Of a stretch of 64,000 nucleotides of DNA, positions 60,630 through 64,000 are shown one piece after another. The stretch covers positions 32,001-96,000 of IMG/VR virus record IMGVR_UViG_3300042923_000607. One strand, given 5' to 3'. The stretch comes from a virus. A program made the translations under genes and the position numbers. The notes beneath the pieces were generated by a model. That model had not been told where the DNA came from. It saw nothing but the letters and a program-made list of their open reading frames with translations, and did not search any database. The stretch's first letter is position 1. Every line of letters begins with the position of its first letter.

Positions 60630-61292
60630 TTATTTATAAAATGAGTGCCCGCTATTATCTGTGAACAAATATTTTAAGGCCAAGAACCACTTCTTATTTT
60701 TTGATGATTTCACATCGTTTGGGTTACAAAAAAACAATGCCTCGTTAACGACTCCATTAAGTAAAATTTCATCTACTGCTTTCCTGGTATCATCTGTTAT
60801 AATGACTTCATAATATCGTTTGTCCGCTATTGGCGAAAACTGCCTTTTTTGGAATACTACTTTCTCAATTGTATCTGGGAATTCATCGCTTTCTAATCTA
60901 TTAATTATCACACTAACAACGTTTTTCTTTGATTCTATATCTCCACCTGTTACTTCAGCTTCGGTAATTCTTTCAAGTATTTCAACCTCACTCTTGCTGA
61001 AATTATATTTATATGTATCCTTAGCACCAGAGAGAGGTTTTGATTTCTTTTTACTCTCTCCAGTGGTAGATGGGGTGGGTGTTACAGTAGGAGTTATATA
61101 TTCAACACCAATCGTTGGTGTAGGTGTCGGATCGCTAATATCCGACTGCGTGTAATAAATCTCATACTTATATTCTCTGCCTTCCTCATGAACGGAAGAC
61201 TTATTCTTTTGCTTCCACTCAAATGAGCTGACTAGTAAGGTCATGGCGATTACTACAATTAAGCCGCCACTTAGTAGACTCTCTTTTCTCAT
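60630..61292 (-). CDS. SleB/Hydrolase_2-family cell wall hydrolase with N-terminal TM
   Basis: RITEAE, V.SVI.NR.....FPDTI..VV.Q..QFSP, ALFF, GH.FY. Confidence 0.88.
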   Translation of the reverse strand: MRKESLLSGGLIVVIAMTLLVSSFEWKQKNKSSVHEEGREYKYEIYYTQSDISDPTPTPTIGVEYITPTVTPTPSTTGESKKKSKPLSGAKDTYKYNFSKSEVEILERITEAEVTGGDIESKKNVVSVIINRLESDEFPDTIEKVVFQKRQFSPIADKRYYEVIITDDTRKAVDEILLNGVVNEALFFCNPNDVKSSKNKKWFLALKYLFTDNSGHSFYK

Positions 61293-61325
61293 TTTGTGTT
61301 CCTTTCATTATGTTTTATTTGTTAG

Positions 61326-61829
61326 TTATTCAATAATCTCTATTTTTATCTTTCTTCCATTGAATCGGTCAAGTATATCCGAGATATCAATATCGCCCAG
61401 GAGAACTTCTTTCCAACCGTATGCATCATAAGTCACGTTTACCGTCCCTACGTATTTTGTAATTTGAGCATCTAGGAATCTATTTCTCAATGTTGCATAT
61501 ATTATGTCTTCGCTTAAGTAATTCCCTAGTGGCAAAGCATCATCCATCCCATCAGTAAAATCAATGATATTTCCATTTTTGAGCAATAGATATATATTAA
61601 ATCTATAAAACCCAAATCCATCCACTGGTGAATATCCGTCTACTTGATCAAAAGTCCTATAATCAGATGCTGTTATTTCATCCTTAAACTCCGCTTTGAG
61701 TTTTTCTAATGCCCTATAAACATTCATCGTGTATTCTTCTCTTCTGTCTATGCAATTGCTTTCGTGTCTTTTATAACTCAGGTATCCTTCTATGTCTTCT
61801 CCGCAGCTTTCACAATTATACTTACTCAT
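61326..61829 (-). CDS. hypothetical protein with N-terminal Zn finger
   Basis: CESC...HE..C; ATG after GGAGG. Confidence 0.65.
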   Translation of the reverse strand: MSKYNCESCGEDIEGYLSYKRHESNCIDRREEYTMNVYRALEKLKAEFKDEITASDYRTFDQVDGYSPVDGFGFYRFNIYLLLKNGNIIDFTDGMDDALPLGNYLSEDIIYATLRNRFLDAQITKYVGTVNVTYDAYGWKEVLLGDIDISDILDRFNGRKIKIEIIE

Positions 61830-61981
61830 ATTAACCTCCAGATAATATTTTAATGTTGTATATGTTATATAGTATGCTATATTCATTAACTTGTTACTAG
61901 AATTTACTCTGGGGTATATGTACGATTAGTTTTTCATTCTGTATAGTTCTAGCTCTAAGCAACTTTTCTCCTTTCAATTAC

Positions 61982-62010
61982 ATTATATGTTCTATATGTT
62001 ATTTTGTCAA
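61982..62010 (-). promoter_or_regulatory. consensus sigmaA promoter with operator in its spacer
   Basis: TTGACA-AAATAACATATAGAACA-TATAAT. Confidence 0.85.
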
Positions 62011-62047
62011 CAGATTTATTTAAGATAAAATCCTAATTCTGTATCGT

Positions 62048-62386
62048 TTATTTAACTTTTTTAGCAACCCTTTCATAGACGTATCTCTCTTCGGTTAAGT
62101 TTTCTTTAATATAAATCTCCGCTTCTTCTTTTTTTGAAAATAATGCATCAACGAAATATATCTTATTATCAGGAGACGTTTCGACACAATGTTGGAATTT
62201 CATATTCTCAGTGTCAGTTAAAATTGTCCCCATATAATACCCACACCAAGAATCATATCCTTTAAATAGAGTTGTTGCCGTTTCTACTTCATATGGGTGT
62301 ACAAACCAGCATAACCTTCCTAAATCGTACGGTAAATACATAACATTATCATTAACTACATTTGTATAATAATCAAAATCGTACAT
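62048..62386 (-). CDS. hypothetical protein
   Basis: 112 aa, SD AAGGAG. Confidence 0.65.
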   Translation of the reverse strand: MYDFDYYTNVVNDNVMYLPYDLGRLCWFVHPYEVETATTLFKGYDSWCGYYMGTILTDTENMKFQHCVETSPDNKIYFVDALFSKKEEAEIYIKENLTEERYVYERVAKKVK

Positions 62387-62400
62387 ATTGGTTCTCCTTT

Positions 62401-62607
62401 CTATTTTATCTTATATATTTTATTGATGTCCATTTTTTTATCTTGTGATAAAATGTCGTATTCTGATTGAGTCATTAATATGGGCATCTTTCCATACTTC
62501 CTGACTTTATTTTCAAATAAATCGTCCATTAAAAAATCTATTAATTCTTGCTTTTCTTCTTCGTCCAAAGTTTCACTTAAATAATATTTCAATTTACCAA
62601 TTGACAC
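62401..62607 (-). CDS. hypothetical protein
   Basis: 68 aa, coupled to the upstream gene. Confidence 0.6.
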   Translation of the reverse strand: MSIGKLKYYLSETLDEEEKQELIDFLMDDLFENKVRKYGKMPILMTQSEYDILSQDKKMDINKIYKIK

Positions 62608-63140
62608 TAGGCGTTACCTCTCTCTTTGTTGATTTTCAATGAATTGATAAAATTATTCAGTCTTTCAGCCACTCCATCGTTTCCTCCCATGTCAAAAACT
62701 GGGATGTTATGTGCCTTTGCAATTCTAATGGCCTGACCCGTTCCTCCTGAACCACTTCCATTTTTAGTCCAACAAATAATAAATGAACTTGGAGTTTTTA
62801 AATCGTACCCTAGTACTTGATAACAGTTTCTGGCTTGCAACTTTCTAGCTCCATCAGATAATTTACTCCAATATGGGTGGAATTCTTCTGCTATTTTAAG
62901 GGCTTCCCCTGATGTGTTATATAAAGTAGATGAGGAATTTTCAAAACCTTTCCATGGAAGAAATATTTCTTTCTGGCCTCTAACACTATCACATCCAATT
63001 TCAAAAGCACTATCGGCTCCTTTAGCACCACCTGATCTTAAGACAAATCCTTTTTTCGCAAATATCATAGCAGCGTGTTCAAATTTTAGTAGCATATCTT
63101 TAGGGGTTTCTCTTGATCCTATACCTGCGTAATAAATCAT
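62607..63140 (-). CDS. SLOG/DprA-like Rossmann-fold protein
   Basis: YAGIGSRETP, LRSGGAKGAD..FE, ARN..QVLG, GGTGQA.R.A. Confidence 0.75.
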   Translation of the reverse strand: MIYYAGIGSRETPKDMLLKFEHAAMIFAKKGFVLRSGGAKGADSAFEIGCDSVRGQKEIFLPWKGFENSSSTLYNTSGEALKIAEEFHPYWSKLSDGARKLQARNCYQVLGYDLKTPSSFIICWTKNGSGSGGTGQAIRIAKAHNIPVFDMGGNDGVAERLNNFINSLKINKERGNA

Positions 63141-63165
63141 AATACTTCCTTTCTGAATAGAAATC

Positions 63166-63468
63166 TTATTTTACGTTAATTATATCATCTACAAGTTTAA
63201 ACAATTCAAGCAAAGCATTCTGAACGTTATTTGTGTTAATAACCTCATCAGACAAGTTGTCATCATTTAATTCAAGCAGCCAAAGATATTCTTTTTGATA
63301 ATATGTAGCATCTCCTATAGCATCAGTTAATTTTTTATATCTTCTTAAGTAGTTGATTGCCGTTGCTATTGCCAATGTTTCTATATTTTCTGTATAGCTA
63401 CATCCTTGAACGCTTTGAGTTCCACAGGTTTGCTTTGCCCATTCAAGCCTCTTTATTAAATCTTCCAT
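63166..63468 (-). CDS. hypothetical protein
   Basis: ATG at 63468 after AAAGGAG. Confidence 0.6.
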   Translation of the reverse strand: MEDLIKRLEWAKQTCGTQSVQGCSYTENIETLAIATAINYLRRYKKLTDAIGDATYYQKEYLWLLELNDDNLSDEVINTNNVQNALLELFKLVDDIINVK

Positions 63469-63496
63469 TATTTCTCCTTTTATAAATAATTTCTTT

Positions 63497-63829
63497 TTAT
63501 TTATCTTTGATGGTATACAAATCTCCATCTTTTACCAATATTTCATATTTTTCATTGAACTCAATCAAGCTAACTTCATTACTTATTGTAACTTTGTATT
63601 CATATTTGCCAGTATTGAATCTTATAGGTTCTTCTATCATCATCATTATTGATATAAAAGCTGTACAAGCTATAATGATACCTAATGCCCTAAGTATAAC
63701 ATGTTTGTGCTCTATGACTAAGTACAATCCGTAAAACAGTAAAATGCAAGCAACAATTACAATTATTATATTAATTTCAGTATTTGTTTCATATATTTGT
63801 ATCTTACTTAATACGTCCAATCCATCCAA
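63497..63829 (-). CDS. two-TM membrane protein
   Basis: two hydrophobic helices; YKVTIS..VS..EF.EKYEI. Confidence 0.7.
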   Translation of the reverse strand: MDGLDVLSKIQIYETNTEINIIIVIVACILLFYGLYLVIEHKHVILRALGIIIACTAFISIMMMIEEPIRFNTGKYEYKVTISNEVSLIEFNEKYEILVKDGDLYTIKDK

Positions 63830-64000
63830 TTAATTCACCTCCAAATCAATGTTTGATAGCATAGTTTTTTATTTTTTCTTTAAACTCATCTCTTGTACAT
63901 CCATAAAAAGATATTCTATTCAGTTGAAGTTTTTTGATTAAATACAGTTCCCTCTCACAAGACTCTAGCCAACATTCATCTTTGTTAGTTTTTTGTTCTT

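Noticed and set aside
1-64000. CRISPR array, diversity-generating retroelement or retron
   Set aside because: No regularly spaced repeat-spacer array, no reverse transcriptase motif and no TR/VR pair seen.
1-64000. Stop-codon reassignment
   Set aside because: Long genes are intact under the standard code, and TAA, TAG and TGA all end genes directly before the next SD.

Overview
The whole window is an AT-rich, large temperate siphovirus genome of a low-GC Firmicute (Clostridia-like host is inferred), organised like SPbeta-type phages. From left to right: leftward small early genes with an XRE repressor (1-3.5 kb); a non-coding control region; an SF2 helicase and a YonO-type single-subunit RNA polymerase; a structured non-coding region; an MBL/beta-CASP nuclease and a phosphoesterase; head genes (terminase, portal, protease/scaffold, capsid); tail genes (major tail, tape measure, Dit, Tal); a moron/defence island (type III TenpIN-like TA and an orphan PemK/MazF-like toxin followed by a repeat RNA); baseplate, two depolymerase-like spikes and lysis genes; then DNA ligase, tyrosine integrase, attP (5' half of tRNA-Arg-CCG), excisionase and leftward nucleotide-metabolism/methyltransferase genes. 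Phage genes lie on both sides of attP, so this looks like the non-integrated form. Most notable unexplained signals: an 18-bp imperfect palindrome at many gene junctions (cassette-like), the PemK-like toxin with a downstream tandem-hairpin RNA, several small structured RNAs including an anticodon-less tRNA-like element, a genome-wide 15-bp operator, tandem NrdR-like boxes, and a circularly permuted C5 methyltransferase. All calls come from reading the sequence; no searches were run.
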